Source: the human T2T-CHM13v2.0 reference genome, Homo sapiens. From it: a DNA stretch of 64,000 bases. Below, one piece after another: positions 21,548-38,880 of this stretch. Where the stretch lies: the NCBI RefSeq assembly GCF_009914755.1, contig NC_060940.1. One strand, written 5' to 3'. The translations under genes were made by a program, and so were the position numbers. Numbering within the stretch: position 1 is the stretch's first letter; every line of letters begins with the position of its first letter. Under the pieces are notes generated by a model. It ran no database searches. It saw only the letters and a program-made list of their open reading frames with translations, and was not told the DNA's origin.

Positions 21548-23003
21548 GATCCCACCAGGGAGGTAATTATCATCCCTCCACCCACATTCTGGATGAGGAA
21601 ACAGGCTCGGAGCAATGTAGTGTTTTGCTCGGGGCTCCAGCTGGGATTTGAACCCAGCCAGGCTGGCTGTGGAGTCACAGGCTGCAGAAACCCCGAACTG
21701 GAAGTGACTTGAGACTGTCATTGTTGAGACAAGGAAATGAGGTCCCGAGACGGGGGCCTTCTTGGGGGATATCACACAGCAAGTCAGGGAAGGAGCTGGC
21801 ACCAGAATTCAGCCCCGTGCTCCTCCCGCCTGCCCTTCCCCTGGCAGAAAGGTGCCTGGGTCTGGTATCTGCAGAGTGAAGGGACGGGGAAGTGAAGGGG
21901 TGGGAAGTGAGGGGTGATGGAGTCCTCCTTCCCTGGGTGGAGTTGGAAGACAGAGATGCTTCAAGATGAAAGGGAAACTGCCAAGTCCCCAGACCCTACA
22001 GGCTAGCAAGACAAAACCCTGGGGAACAGATATGTTACCACTTCTACCTTCCAGGGGGGCAGCGGTCACTCTCCAGCTCCAACTGAAGCCTGGAGGTCTT
22101 CCTAAGGCAGTCCCCTGGGTCTCAGGCCTTGATGGAGAGAAATGCTAATGGCGCCCACCACTCCCAGAATAGCAAGTGGCAGTGTGGCCTCCAGGAAGTG
22201 ACAACCCCTGGCCCCGCTGACTTAGCATTTCTGATGAGGAGCTGGGGGACAATAGTCCCCTTGGAGGAGACCCTCCCCTTGCCTTTCAGTGAGGATCTAT
22301 CTGTCCCTCAGCAGCATCCCCCATCCTGGTATCCCTAGACAAAGGCTTTCTTTCTTAACAAATGAATTTGCAATAAAAACGGAAGAGGAATCTGCAGAGA
22401 AGGAGTTGTCTTCAGGCTGGCGGCTGCTCTGAGCTTTGAGGCCACCGAGGCCCTGTCAGGGAGGCCTGGGAAACAAGCCACAGGGAGAATCCCAGGCTTG
22501 GCTGGGTCACAAAAGAGGGGCTTAGCTTGGGGTGGGAGAGGATGGGGTCTCGGCAGAGTCGGGGAGGGGAAAAGGCAGACCTCCATGGGCCCGGCAGTCC
22601 CATTAGCCGGAGTCTTCCAGAACACACTCAACAACAATGCCCAAGGGGTGATCGGCAGGTGTGAAATCTGGACATGCTGGGGGTGACAGGCAGAACTACG
22701 GGATGAGTTCCTCCCACCAGGTAAGAGAAGAGCACCTGCGGCTATCTGGAGTCACCCAAGGCTTCTACATGAAGGCAGCCCCCCAGCGGTCTTCATCGGT
22801 GCTTGACAAGGTCAAAACAAATACAGAAACTTCTTTGAACTTCAGTCCAAGATGGCATCTCTTTGCTACAGAGAGGTCACCCTAACCAATTGTCCTAATC
22901 TAATTCAGTGCACCCAGAGCCCGACAGCTGTTGAAAGACGGCAGAGGGCTCACACCTCCAGCCCCATCGTGAGCAGGTCCCAGCCCCATGGCCAAGTGTC
23001 TTA

Positions 23004-23156
<153 letters not shown>

Positions 23157-23555
23157 CTAGGGCCCTGCAGGATACATGAACCCATGTTGGGGGCAAGGCA
23201 GAGAGACCCCTCCCTTGACCAGGTACCAAGCCTGGGTGGTGAAGGCCGAATGTCTCACTGAAATAATCAAGTACCTACAGCTCCCTGCTAAACGTCTGGA
23301 AAGTTCTCATTTTGCCCAAAAAGACGCTGGAAGTTTGGTTGAGGGATTCATAGGACTATATAGCACCAACAAGAATATGTTACATTGTAGAGCAGACAAA
23401 GGCTTTGCCCATGATGAGGACTTGGATATCCCACTGTCACCATGGGGTGTGTGTGGTGGATGAGTGGAGGGTGGGGAGGGGGTTGCAAAAGAAGGTAGAC
23501 TTTCTAAAAATGGAAAATATCCTCCCTAAATAACTGATTTCACTGTTTAAATTTA

Positions 23556-23681
<126 letters not shown>

Positions 23682-23806
23682 TTAAAATAAATAAACAATA
23701 ATTTTTTTAAAGGATGAAGTTCTGCTACATCCTACAATAGAGAGGAACCTTGAAAATGTTATGTTAAATGAAAGAAGCCAGACACAAAAAGTCACGTATT
23801 ATGTGA

Positions 23807-23938
<132 letters not shown>

Positions 23939-26008
23939 TAGCTGGGATTACAGGCATGCACCACCACGCCCACCTAATTTTGTATTTAGTAGAGACAGGG
24001 TTTTTCCATGTTGGTCAGGCTGGTCTCGAACTCCAGACCTCAGGTGATCCACCCGCCTCGGCCTCCCAATGAGCTGGGATTACAGGCATGAGCCACCGCG
24101 CCCGGCCTATGTGAGTCCACTTATATGAGGTACCTAAAAACAGGCAAGTTCATAGAGACAGAAAGCAGAACAGAGGGGACTAGAGTCTGCAGGGTGGGAA
24201 TTGGAAGTTACTGTTCAATGTGCACAGAGCTTCTGTTTAGGATGATGAAAAAGTTCTAGAGATGGAGGGTGGTGATGGTTGTACAACGATGTGAAAGTAC
24301 TTAATGCCACTGAATCATAGACTTAAGATGGTTGAAATGGTGTATTCCATATTATATTTTAATCACAGTAAAAAAATAAAAATAAACCAGACACAAAGGA
24401 AAACATCCTGTACAATTCCATTAGAGAGAAGTTCAAAGACAGGCAAAACTCATCTATGGTGATAGAAATAAAAAAGGAAGGCTGGGCATAGTGGCTCACG
24501 CCTGTAATCCCAGCACTTTGGGAGGCCGAGGTGGGCAGATCACTTGAGGTCAGGAGTTCAAGACCAGCTTGGCCAACATGGTAAAATCTCATCTCTACTA
24601 AAAGTACAAAAATTAGCCAGGCGTGGCGGAGCGCACCATGCACTACCAGTAATCTCAGCTACTCAGGAGGCTGACGCAGGAGAATCGCTTGAACTGGGGA
24701 GGCGGAGATTGCAATGAGCTGAGATTGTGCTATTGCACGCCAGCCTGGGCGACAGAGTGAGACTCCATCAAAAAAAAAAAAAAAAAAAAAAAAAAAGTTG
24801 TACCCTTGGGAGAAGTGACCAAGAGGAAGTATGAAGGAGGCTCTGGGGGTTATATTTTGTTTCTTGCTCTGGTGATCGCTACGTAGGTGTTTGGTTTATG
24901 AAAATTCCTTGTTTTGAAGATTTGTGATTTTTACACTTTTTTCTCTAAAAATATATTCATTAACCTCCCAAGGGGCCAGAAAATTTCCATTTTCACCTAG
25001 AATCTTTGAAATACACTGGTTCTTTATATCCTTGCCAACATTTGACATTGGCAGCTTTTCTTAAGTGCTTAAAGTAAACAAATGAATAAAACTGCAACAG
25101 AACACAATTTGCTTTGTGAAAACTGGCCCTGCAGATAAAAACAACCACAAGTGTTTTGAAGGGTGTAAAAGGATGATAAAGATTAATAAAGCAGCATCTC
25201 TGACATATTGGACACTTTAAGAATTCAGAGGCAGCTCAGGCCCACTCCATGAAAGACCTCATCCTGTGGTCTACATGAAAATACAACAAAACGGCTTTGA
25301 GAAACTCTTGCTAGCAAGTGCTCCAGCCAGTACAAAAATGCATCACAATATGAGATGAGACTCCAACAGAAACTAAAAGGCCTTTTATGTGGGTTGAGAG
25401 GGTTTATCCAGGAAAAATATGAGGGTTATCAGAAATGAGACAGAGGCAAATGAGCAAGCACTTCTGCTTGCAAGAACATTGAGGAACTTCCAGAAAATCT
25501 CAATGAAAAGAAATCTGCAACCACCAAGTGGGCCTAGCTCATAATTCTGCCTTAACCCAGGACTAACACCACTGGACCTTAGTGTTTGCCTATAACCTGA
25601 GGCTGTGGACCCAAGCACTGCAAGGCTAGTGTCCACAGGGCAGGCCTTGCTGGGAATAGACTTCCACCCAGTCTATTCCTTTGTCCAAAGGCTTGACTTG
25701 GTTTGACTTTGCACACACCCTTGGACTTGCAGACATGGCTCTCAGTCCACCCCTAGGGCACAGTATGTCCCCGTTCTATGGCTCTTCTCACTCCACGAAC
25801 TCCCCCAACCTGCCCTAAAAATATTCCTTCCTTAACCTCTGCTATTCCCCGATTGGGCCCTCTGTGGCACCTCTTACAATCAAAATTGCACCATTTTCCC
25901 ACATTCCTCCCAAGGGTCCTCACTTGCCAAATATAAGATTCCTCAGAAAGCTCCTCTGTTGATTAAGCAAATTGGAAATTGGAGGTAAGGGGCTGTGGCT
26001 TCCTCTTA

Positions 26009-26245
<237 letters not shown>

Positions 26246-26469
26246 TCACCTTGAACCTGCAGCCCTCTGGGATCCCAACTCCACCTCCAGCCATCCTTGC
26301 TCACACCTCTCTCTCTCCATCTGGGCCCTGAGCTGCCTGTCCCCAGCTTGGGGAAAGGTTGGGTAGCTGCATACCCTCATAAGGGTGAAAAAGAAAATAA
26401 AGATAATAACAGTAAGTGCTCAATAAGTACTAGCCAGTGTCATCATGGGCCAGGCTTTCTTCTAATATC

Positions 26470-26680
26470 AAGGTTTCTCTGCCTGGGCACTATTAATAGT
26501 TGGGGCCAGGGAATTCTGTTTGTGAGGGCTGTCCTCTGTGTTGTCAGGAAATTTACCAGCATCCCTGACCTTTACCCACAAGATGCCAGTAACCCAGCCC
26601 AGTTGTGACAACCAAAAATGTCCCCAGACTTTGCAAAATGTCCCCAGGGGAGGGAGGGCCACAATCACCCCAGTTGAGAA
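26470..26680. mobile_element. MER20 DNA transposon
   Basis: ggtttctc...ggcactatt...gggctgtcctctgtgttgt...agcatccctgacctttacccac..gatgccagt...ttgtgacaaccaaaaatgtccccagac. Confidence 0.8.
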
Positions 26681-27524
26681 GCATTCATCTACAGTAACTC
26701 AGTTAAGCTTCATAACCAACTTTGAGGTGAATACTCTTTTTTCTCCATTTTACAGAGGAAGAAACTGAGGCTCAGAGAGGTTAACTAACTTACACAATCC
26801 GCAGCTGGGATTCCACCCTTGGGAGTCTGACTACTCACCTATCATCTTGATGGATATCAAGTGGGGCTGGCAGGGGTTAGGGTGGGTTGTTATTCTGATC
26901 TTTATAGAAGATAAAGCTGTAAAGCTGCCCAGCCTTGGGGGATCTGGGGGTGAGGAGAGTAACTGCTCTGGGGAAGAGCTGATTTAGGGAACAGAGAGGT
27001 CTGTAATTATCCAGCCAAATCTCTAACCTTCTATTGAGGCCAGGGGATCAAGCGTGAAACCTAATTATAACATCTCACCCCTCCCCATGGCTTGTGATTG
27101 AACTGACATTTTCATGTCAATTTCCTTGAGACAGAACCACACCTCATATTCCTAAGATGCTTCTCTCTTTCCAAAGAATTTGTTCCCAAGGTTCTTTCAT
27201 CTGCTCCACTCCAAAATGCAAATGGCATCACCTGGCCAAAGACATTTATTCCACCTGGGGCCCACAGGCATGAAGAGGAAGCCTTGGGGGCTGGGATGGC
27301 TTAAGGCATTTTACTCTGAGCTTGCTATTCATTTCTCTAACTCTGTGGGTGACCTTTCCAGAACTGGCCTTGGTCCTCCCAACTGGTATCTTTGGGAGCA
27401 TAGTCAGGGCCCTCTGGGGCTGTCTCTAATCCCATCTTACAGCTTCACTCCCATTGGGCCCTGTACTGGGCTCAGGCTCCTGGTCACCAGAGGTGTGATC
27501 AGGCGTCCTGAGAGAATCACTCAC

Positions 27525-27578
27525 CTGTGCACGCAGTCATGCAGGAGGCCACCTGCCCCACCTGCGAATCTGGAATTT
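27525..27578 (-). CDS. LOC400499: LLTP-family gene exon 2: (K)IPDSQVGQVASCMTACT(G)
   Basis: gatttcag|AA...ACA G|gtgagt; 54 nt, phase 1-1; links exon 1 to exon 3 in frame. Confidence 0.75.
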
Positions 27579-27919
27579 CTGAAATCGCAAATCAGATGGA
27601 ACCAGGGTGAGGCCAGAAAGAGGCATAAGATAGCCCCACGCTATGGGCCACTGACCTTACTCTGGGAAGAAGATGAGAAATGATAATGCCAGCTCTCCCC
27701 AGACTTTGCAAAATGTCCTCAGGGGAGGGAGGGCCACAAAGACTGGAAGTGATTGCCCTACCCTTTGTCCAATTTGCTCTTGTTCATCTTGGGTACTGGC
27801 ACCATCATCCCTGATAGCTCAAGCTGCCAATCATTCGTGCTTCCACATCCCTCATCACTACCTGAGTCCAATATGTCAGCAAGCTCTGCCAATTCCATCA
27901 ACAAATACAGGTCTCCATT

Positions 27920-28500
27920 CCTCCCATCCATCAATCCATCTACCCATCCCCACTCCCATCCATCCACCCACCTGCTCCCTGCTCCTATCCATCCATTCAT
28001 CCATCCAACCACCCCCACCCCCACTCCTATCCACCCACCCCCAATTCCCCTATCCATCCACCCACCCGCTCCCCTCTCCTATCCATCTATCTGCCCACTC
28101 CCCACACCCCTCCTATACACCCACCCCCAACCCCCCTCCTACGCATCCATTCACCCACTCCCCCTCCCATCCATCCACCCACCCCCAGCCCCCCTCCTAT
28201 CCATCCATCCACGCATCACTTCCACCTCCTATCCATCCACCCACCCCCCCATCCGTCCATCCACCCCCCAACCCCCCAATCCATCCATCCACCCACCCAC
28301 TACCCTCTCCTATCCATCCATCCACCTACTCACCCATTCCCCCTCCTATCCATCTACCCACTCACCCACTCCCTCTCCTATCCATCCATCCACCCACCCA
28401 CTCCCCGCTGTTATCCATGCATCCATCCATTCACCCACTCTCCCTCCTATCCATCCATCCACCCAGCCACCCACCCTCTCCTGTCTCCTATCCATCCAAG
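27920..28500. repeat. (CCAT/CCAC)n low-complexity tract
   Basis: Degenerate ccatccatcc repeats; source of the Pro/His-rich spurious ORFs. Confidence 0.92.
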
Positions 28501-31208
28501 TGACTTGCCCAGGTGCACACAGCTGGCTAACGGTGGAGCCTTAGGATTTGAACCCAGGCACTCTGGCTCCAGAGTCCCCAGCCATACCCTCATCCTGAAT
28601 GAATCAGACAGTAAGTGAGCAAATGAGTAATGAATGGAACACCAGCAAGACCAAGAGGCTGCTGCAGGAAATAGCAGGAGCTGGTGCTGCTCCCTGTTGA
28701 GTGTCTCCCTTCTCCCACCATCGAAGGGGCAGAGGACAACCAGGGCATGAGCAGATGTGGTGAGGTGGCCCCTCGGCCCCCAGCTCAGGCTGCTAAGAAA
28801 ACTGCCAGAGATTCCTGGAGCTCCCTCCCTGGGAAGGCCAGCACCCCTCCCTCCCTCCCTCCAGCCACCCAGCCCTTCCACTGCCACCTACTTTCAAACC
28901 TCGTTTCCCCTTCCTGCCAGCCACTTGCAGGATCTTTCCCAGGCATCACCCGTGCCCTCCTATGCATTAAGCAGGCATTCATCTGCAGCCATTTCCATAG
29001 GATGGCATTTCAATAATACCACTTCCATCCTCAAAACCACCCCGCTGCACCTCGACTGGTCATTGCTACACTTGCTGACCTGTTTAATCCCTCGAAAAAC
29101 ACATTGTGCCTGGGTACGGTGGCTCATGCCTGTAATCCCAGTACTTTGGGAAGCTGAGGTGGGTGATGGCTTGAGCTCAGGAGTTCGAGACCAGCCTGGC
29201 CAGCATGGCGAAACCCCCTCTCTATAAAAAATACAAAAATTAGCCGGGCGTGGTGGTGCACACCTGTGGTCCCAGCTACTCGTGGGAGGTGGGAGAATTG
29301 CTTGAGCCGACAGGTGGAGATTGCAGTGAGCCGAGATCGCACCACTGCCTGGTGCGATCGTATTCCAGCCTGGGTAGCAGAGTTAAGACCTTGTCCCAAA
29401 AAAAAAAAAAAAAGGAAAAACAAATCATTTCCCCAAAACGGGGAGGGGTGGAGGTAGGGTGCATTATATACTATTTTGTTTACACCCTTTAAAACATTGG
29501 ACATGGTAAGATATCTGGCAGGGTTTTTTTCTCCTAAATATTTTGGCACATCTAACAAAACCCTCTTTGCATTCAAGTAGAATATCAACAGATAAAACCA
29601 CATTTCAAAGACATTCAACCCAATCAATTTCCCTTCCAACTTTCCTTCAACTCTTTGATCACTCGGACACTGGGCACCAAATTAAACATATGTGTGCGTA
29701 ATCATTACGTTCTCGATTGTGCACAAGCCCAGCATCCTGCTTGTTTGCTCAACAGACAATCCCTACATCTGCTTCACTGCTCAGCTAGGCTACAAAGCAG
29801 CCTGGCCCACCAGCCTCCAGCCACCATGACCTGCAGAAGTGAGCTGAGGTCTGAGAGCATTGTGCTTGAATTAAGCCTGTACCCCTTCCATTTCCTGAAC
29901 GCTTGAACACATTTAAAATATTTTTTAAATTTCAGAAAAATGAAGTTCATGTCATGATAAATTCTTAACAGATTAACCAAGGATGGGAAAACACTGCACA
30001 CTGGAGGTAATAAATTCTTCAATCAGATCCTACTCACTTCCAGGAAGAGATCTGAAATGGACTGAAATGAGTGTCATCTCTAGCCAGCAAATGAAATCAA
30101 GTCCCATTTCAGCTTTCTCAGCTGTCAATTCTGATCAGTGTGCATTCTTTTATGAAACCAACACAATTTACCAAGTACCTATAGCATGCCAGACAGTGTT
30201 CTATGCTGAAATAAAAGCCCAAATATCAAAACAATTACATCATTTACAACAAATAAAAGACCCCACAATCTGGCCCGCGCTCTCCAGTATGTGGCTATGA
30301 AGCATCTAAAATGTTACTGGTTACAGAGAAACTTTTCATTTAATTTTAATTAAACAAAAAACCAATACTCAATTCACTTATTATAAGACTTTCAGCCTGG
30401 TGCAGTGGCTCATGCCTGTAATCCCAGCACTCTGGGAGGATCACTTGAGTTTGAGACCAGCCTGGGCAACATGGTGAAACCCCGTCTCCACAAAAAATAT
30501 TTTTTAAAGAAAGAAAACTTTCAAATATGTTTGAAACAACTTGGCACAGTAGGTAAACCTACTTTCTCAACTCTAAGTTTTAAGAAATCTAAAGACAGAT
30601 CAAGTATTTGCAATGAAAACTTAGCATCTGAATTGAAATATGTCGTAAGTATAAAATACACATTAAATGTTGAATGGGAAATAAATCTCATTAATACTTC
30701 CTATTGATTACATTTTCTAATTATATATTGGATATATTGGGTTAAGTAAAATGTTATTAATTTCACCTGCCTTTTTAAAAATTTGTATGTGTGGGTACTA
30801 GGAAAATTAATATTACTTGCATTTTTTTGTTGCTGAGACAATGTCTCACTCTGTCGCCCAAGTTGGAGTGCAGTGGCATGATCTCGGCTCACTGCAGCCT
30901 CGACCTGCTGGGCTCAAGCTCAGTGGGTCCAGAAGGCAGCATTTTCTCACTCAGGGCTTCAGATCTGGTCTCTGCAGCTCCCCAATCCCTGCCTTGTCTG
31001 AGTTTCCAGAGGATGCTGGTGGAGCATGTGAGTGAGAGATGAGGATTCACCTGTCATCTCTCGCTCCTCTTCCCCATGAAAAGCAAAACAAAAGGTGGCA
31101 GCGGAAAGGCAGGTCAACAGGCATCTGGCTACAAAAGCGCAATCCCCGGCGCATCTGGACTGCCCCTTGCTTCGCTCCAGACAGGACCAGGAACGCGCAG
31201 CAGTTTTA

Positions 31209-31328
<120 letters not shown>

Positions 31329-31339
31329 TCAGCGTGGTC

Positions 31340-31520
31340 CTGAAAGGAATCTTTTTCCCCAAAGAGGAGGGCTCAGCTTTAACCCACTCTCCCAGCCCAG
31401 GAGGGTAGAAGGGGAGGTGGGGGGCATTCAGAACAGAGATCCAGCCAGTCAGAAGCCTCCAATAAAGTTATTAGCACCCCGCCCGACAGAGAGGAGGGGA
31501 GGGGGCTCCTGACCAATGAG
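31340..31520 (-). promoter_or_regulatory. Candidate promoter of the LLTP-family gene
   Basis: Upstream of the ATG exon: TATA-like GTTAAAG (31377-31383, minus), CCAATAAA (31459-31466), GC box CCCCGCCC (31477-31484), CCAAT (31513-31517). Unique, CpG-retaining sequence. Confidence 0.5.
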
Positions 31521-31769
31521 GGGAAAAAAAGCCTAGAGGGGAAAAAAAAGGAGCTTGACTACTCTCCTAGCCTTGTAAACAGAGATCTCAGGTCAGAAGG
31601 CAAGACGGTGTAGTGGTTGTTTCTTTTTAATTGCAGTATAATTATATTTTAAAAACATAAAACTGACCATTTTAACCATTTCATTTATTTTAAAAGACAG
31701 GGTCTCAGCTGGGCGCGGTGGCTCACGCTTGTAATTCCAACACTTTGGGAGGTCGAGGCGGGCAGATCA

Positions 31770-32340
<571 letters not shown>

Positions 32341-32683
32341 TGACATTGCGCAACCATCACTACTGTCTAGTTGTGTAGTCTGACATTGGGTTTGTCTTTC
32401 CCAGTGCTCAGGTTAGGAAAAGCCAACGGGAGGCCTGACTTAGCAAGGCCTTTGGAAATGGCTCTTATCACAGCAGCAGCGGGTTTTTCAAAGCTCCAGG
32501 TTTAAGGCCTCCCAAGAGGACAAGGAAGTAATTCGGGAGGCCAGAGGTCTGCTCACACCTGCTCAGCGTTCATTCTAGGTCCCACATCTCTGCCTCTCTC
32601 CCTCAAACTCACCTCCACCCACACCTTTTGGTTTTCAAGGTGTGATTTTTGTTTGTTTGTTTTTGTTTTGTTTTGTTTTTTAA

Positions 32684-32806
<123 letters not shown>

Positions 32807-33108
32807 TGACTCAATTCTCCCATTTAAAGCACAAAACTCAACTGGCGCGGCAGCTCATGCCTGTAATCCCAGCACTTTGGGAGGCCGAGATGGGTGGATC
32901 ACAAGATCAGGAGTTCAAGACCAGCCTGGCCAACATGGTGAAACCCTGTCTCTACTAAAAATACAAAAATTAGCAGGGCACGGTGGCATGTGCCTGTAAT
33001 CCCAGCACTTTGGGAGGCTGAGGCGAGTGGATCACTTGAGGCCAGGAGTTCAAGACCAGCCTGGACAACATGGTGAAAACCCGTCTCAACTAAAAGTACA
33101 AAAAATTA

Positions 33109-33261
<153 letters not shown>

Positions 33262-33986
33262 TTAATTAAATTAAAATAAAGCATACAACTCAATGGTTTT
33301 TAAGATAGTAAGGGAGTTTGGCAATCATTACCACAACCAATTTCATAATTTCCTCACTGCAAAAAGAAATCCCATACCTAGTAAACAATCACCTCTGGTG
33401 CCTCTGACCCCAGTCCTTGGCCACCACTGATCTGCTTTGTGTCCTTATGGATTTGTCTATTCTGGACATTTCACATAAATGGAATGGTTTAGTAGGTGGC
33501 CTTTGTCTGGCTTCTTTCACTCAGCATGACAGTTTTGGGGCTCAGCCACGAAACGTGAAATAGTGTGTCATTCCTTTCCGTGGCTGAATAATGCACTGAA
33601 AGGATAGACCACTTTCTATGTAGCCATTTATCTCGTGATGGACAGTTAAATGTACTTTTAATGGAATTTTCTTAGAGTCAAATTAAGACACAGTTGACTG
33701 GTTGGCACACCATGTTTTATGAAAACTTAATCATTTATGCTTTTAGACTTGGCCCATTTTCTTTTCATATTTTGAAATCAATGATTCTACCTCCCTTTTC
33801 CCAAGCTCAAGCATTTTCCTTTATTTTCTTTTTTTGAGACGGAGTTTCGCTCTTGTTGCCCAGGCTAGAGTGCAATGGCGCAACCTCGGCTCACTGCAAC
33901 CACCACCTCTCAAGTTCAAAGCGATTTTCCTGCCTCAGCCTCCCGAGTAGCTGGGACTACAGGCATGTGCCGCCACGCCTGGCTAA

Positions 33987-34109
<123 letters not shown>

Positions 34110-35593
34110 TGAGCCTGGCCCCCAGCTCAAGCATTTTCTCTAGCAGGGTTCAGGAGCACCTGACCCACAGGGATAAAGACCTAAAAGACCCTTCAGCTCA
34201 CAGCTGCTTGGGGACTACGATGGGTTCGGGCGTGGCTGCCAAATGCTGTGGGGAAGAGCATCCTGGGGGGCGAGTGGGGGGGTGCTGGCTTGGAGGAGTC
34301 AGTGGGGAAACGAGATGCACAGGCAGAAGATCTTCAGCACACCACAGACAGACCTCACGCAGAGAAAGGAACAGTTATTCTGGCAGGAACTCGTGGAAGC
34401 AGTTTACAAAGGAGAGATTTCCCTGGATCTCAAAGAATAGATGGCATTGTTGTTAGGAAACTATCAGACTAGGCAAAGCATTCCTTGTATATTGACTCAT
34501 TCATCAACTTCTCCTGCAAAATCCCTGCAAGGTGAACTAGGTCATCCCATGGTACAGATGAGGAAACAGAGATACAGAGAGGTTAAGACACTTGCCCTAA
34601 GTCACACAGCTCAGGAGGATTTTAACCCCATCTGGCTCCAGAGTCCCTGCTCTGTTAGCTCTGGCAGCTTTGGTCCATCACTTTCTTTCTCCGTCTTCTC
34701 CCCCAGGAGACTCAAGTCTCTGACCACAGGCCTGAATTCCTCCCCCATTCAAAGTCAGGAGCCTGAGCAGAGACCTTGCAATTCTCAATGCGATGGCTTC
34801 TCGCCAATCACAGTGGGTATTGGCTACAAATGCAGATTCCCAGGCCCATTCCAGACCAGGACAATCAGACTCCCTAGGGTGGGGCCCTCCCTCCAGGCCA
34901 TTCTGATGACCAGCTGTGTTTGCATTGCCCCAGCCTACCCGAGTCTGCCTGGGAAGGGTCTCTGTACCGCTGGCCTCACTTTGTGTCTACATTGTCACAG
35001 GCCCAAAACCCAGTAAGGTGGTTTGATAGAACATGGGGACACAGGATTCGATTCACAAAGACTCAGACCCTCCTATACAAGCCATCCACCATAGATCCAG
35101 CCTCCCACCTCCTCTTCCTCCCACCAAAGAAAGTCCTGCTTCTACCTAGAGAAAATTTACGGGGTTGGGGTTGGGTTTGCCAGCGACTGGGGATCGAGCT
35201 TCCTTCCAGTCAGTGTGAGTTCAGCCGGAGTATGGATTGAAGCCCATCAGGCTCAGGTCAGAGTCACCAGAGTTCAGAAGCCCTTTTGGTGGGTGCAGTG
35301 GCTCAGGCCTTTACTCCCAGCACTTTGGGAGGCTGAGGCAGAGGGATTGTTTGAGCCCAGGAGTTCAAGACCAGCCTGAGGAACACAGGGAGACCTTGTC
35401 TCTACAAAAATAAAAGCCGGGTGTGGTAGTGCACACCTGTAGTCCCAGCTACTCAGGAGGCTGGGGCAGGAGGATTTCTTGAGCGCAGGAGGTTGAAGCT
35501 GCAGTGAGCTGTGATCACGCCACTACACTGCAGCCTGGGTGACAGAGCAAGACTGTTTTTAAAAAAAAAAAAAAAAGGCAGCCTTTTCATTTG

Positions 35594-36254
<661 letters not shown>

Positions 36255-36485
36255 TGACCTACACCTGCCTCAGCCTCCCAAAGTGCTGGGATTACAGGTG
36301 TGAGCCACTACACCCGGCCTGAAGCAGCTTTCTTTTTAAACCACCAAAAGATATTTTGCAGAGCTAGGGTAAGCGGGTGAGAGAGCCACAGATACCCCAT
36401 GATAGAGAAGAAGTAACCAGCAGGGGGCAGTGAGCTCCTCTCGCCTGGCCTTCATGAAGCACTCACTACTGCCACCTTATCTTCA

Positions 36486-36929
<444 letters not shown>

Positions 36930-37555
36930 TCAATTAGCAGTGTGACCTTAGAAAAGTTACTTAACCTCTCTGGACTCCTTTACTCATTGGCAAAATAAAG
37001 GGGCTAGAAATTCCTGACAAAGTGTCTTCTGGCTCCATGTTGTGTTCAAGTGGAGAACAGAGAGTTCAGAAAGAAACCAAGTACACACAGGAGTAGGCAC
37101 ATGATAAAAATAGCATTGCATCTAGTTGGGGAGAACAACAGATTCAAAGATGGACAAAGTATACGAGCATCCCGTTCACAGAAAAGGACACAAAAAAAGA
37201 CACAGATAGAGTTTCGGCAAAGAGGCTCAACCTTAGACATTAAAAAAATTCAAATTAGGCTGGGTGCATTGGCTCACGCCTATAGCCCCAGCACTTTTGG
37301 AGGCTGAGGAGGGCAGATCATCTGAGGTCCAGAGTTCGAGACCAGCCTGGCCAACATGGTGAAACCCCGTCTCTGCTAAAAATACAAAAATTAGCTTGGT
37401 ATGTTGGCACACGCCTGTAATCCCAGCTACTCGGGAGGTTGAGGCAGAAGAATCACTTGAACCCAGGAGATGGAGGTTGCTGTGAGCCAAGATCACTCCA
37501 CTAAAAAAGAAATGCAAATTGAAGCTACAAAACTCAGGCTGGGTGCGGTGGCTCA

Positions 37556-37939
<384 letters not shown>

Positions 37940-38142
37940 CTATCCTCCCTTTTGTATTGCTCATAACACCTTCACATTGTGGCCATAAAAACGCTGGCTG
38001 GGTAGGGAAGGGGAGGCACATTTTCTCTGTCCTAGCAATTCCCCTTCTAGAAATTAACCCAGGCCGGGCACAGTGGCTCCCACCTGTAATCCCAGCACTT
38101 TAGGAGGCGAAGGCAGGCATAACACCCAAGGTCTCGAGTTCA

Positions 38143-38880
<738 letters not shown>

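Noticed and set aside
27655-27700. Strong-looking donor (CCAGA|gtaagg) just upstream of exon 2, with a hydrophobic reading LALSFLIFFP
   Set aside because: The hydrophobic frame is phase 2 and incompatible with exon 2; no convincing acceptor or ATG found.
27673-28544. 263-276 aa extensin-like Pro/His/Ser ORFs on the + strand
   Set aside because: (CCAT)n low-complexity DNA lacking stop codons.
29774-29830. Acceptor followed by ATG (MVAGGWWARLLCSLAEQ*) as an alternative first coding exon
   Set aside because: Hits a stop before any suitable donor; the exon at 31214-31280 has a better signal peptide and the correct phase.
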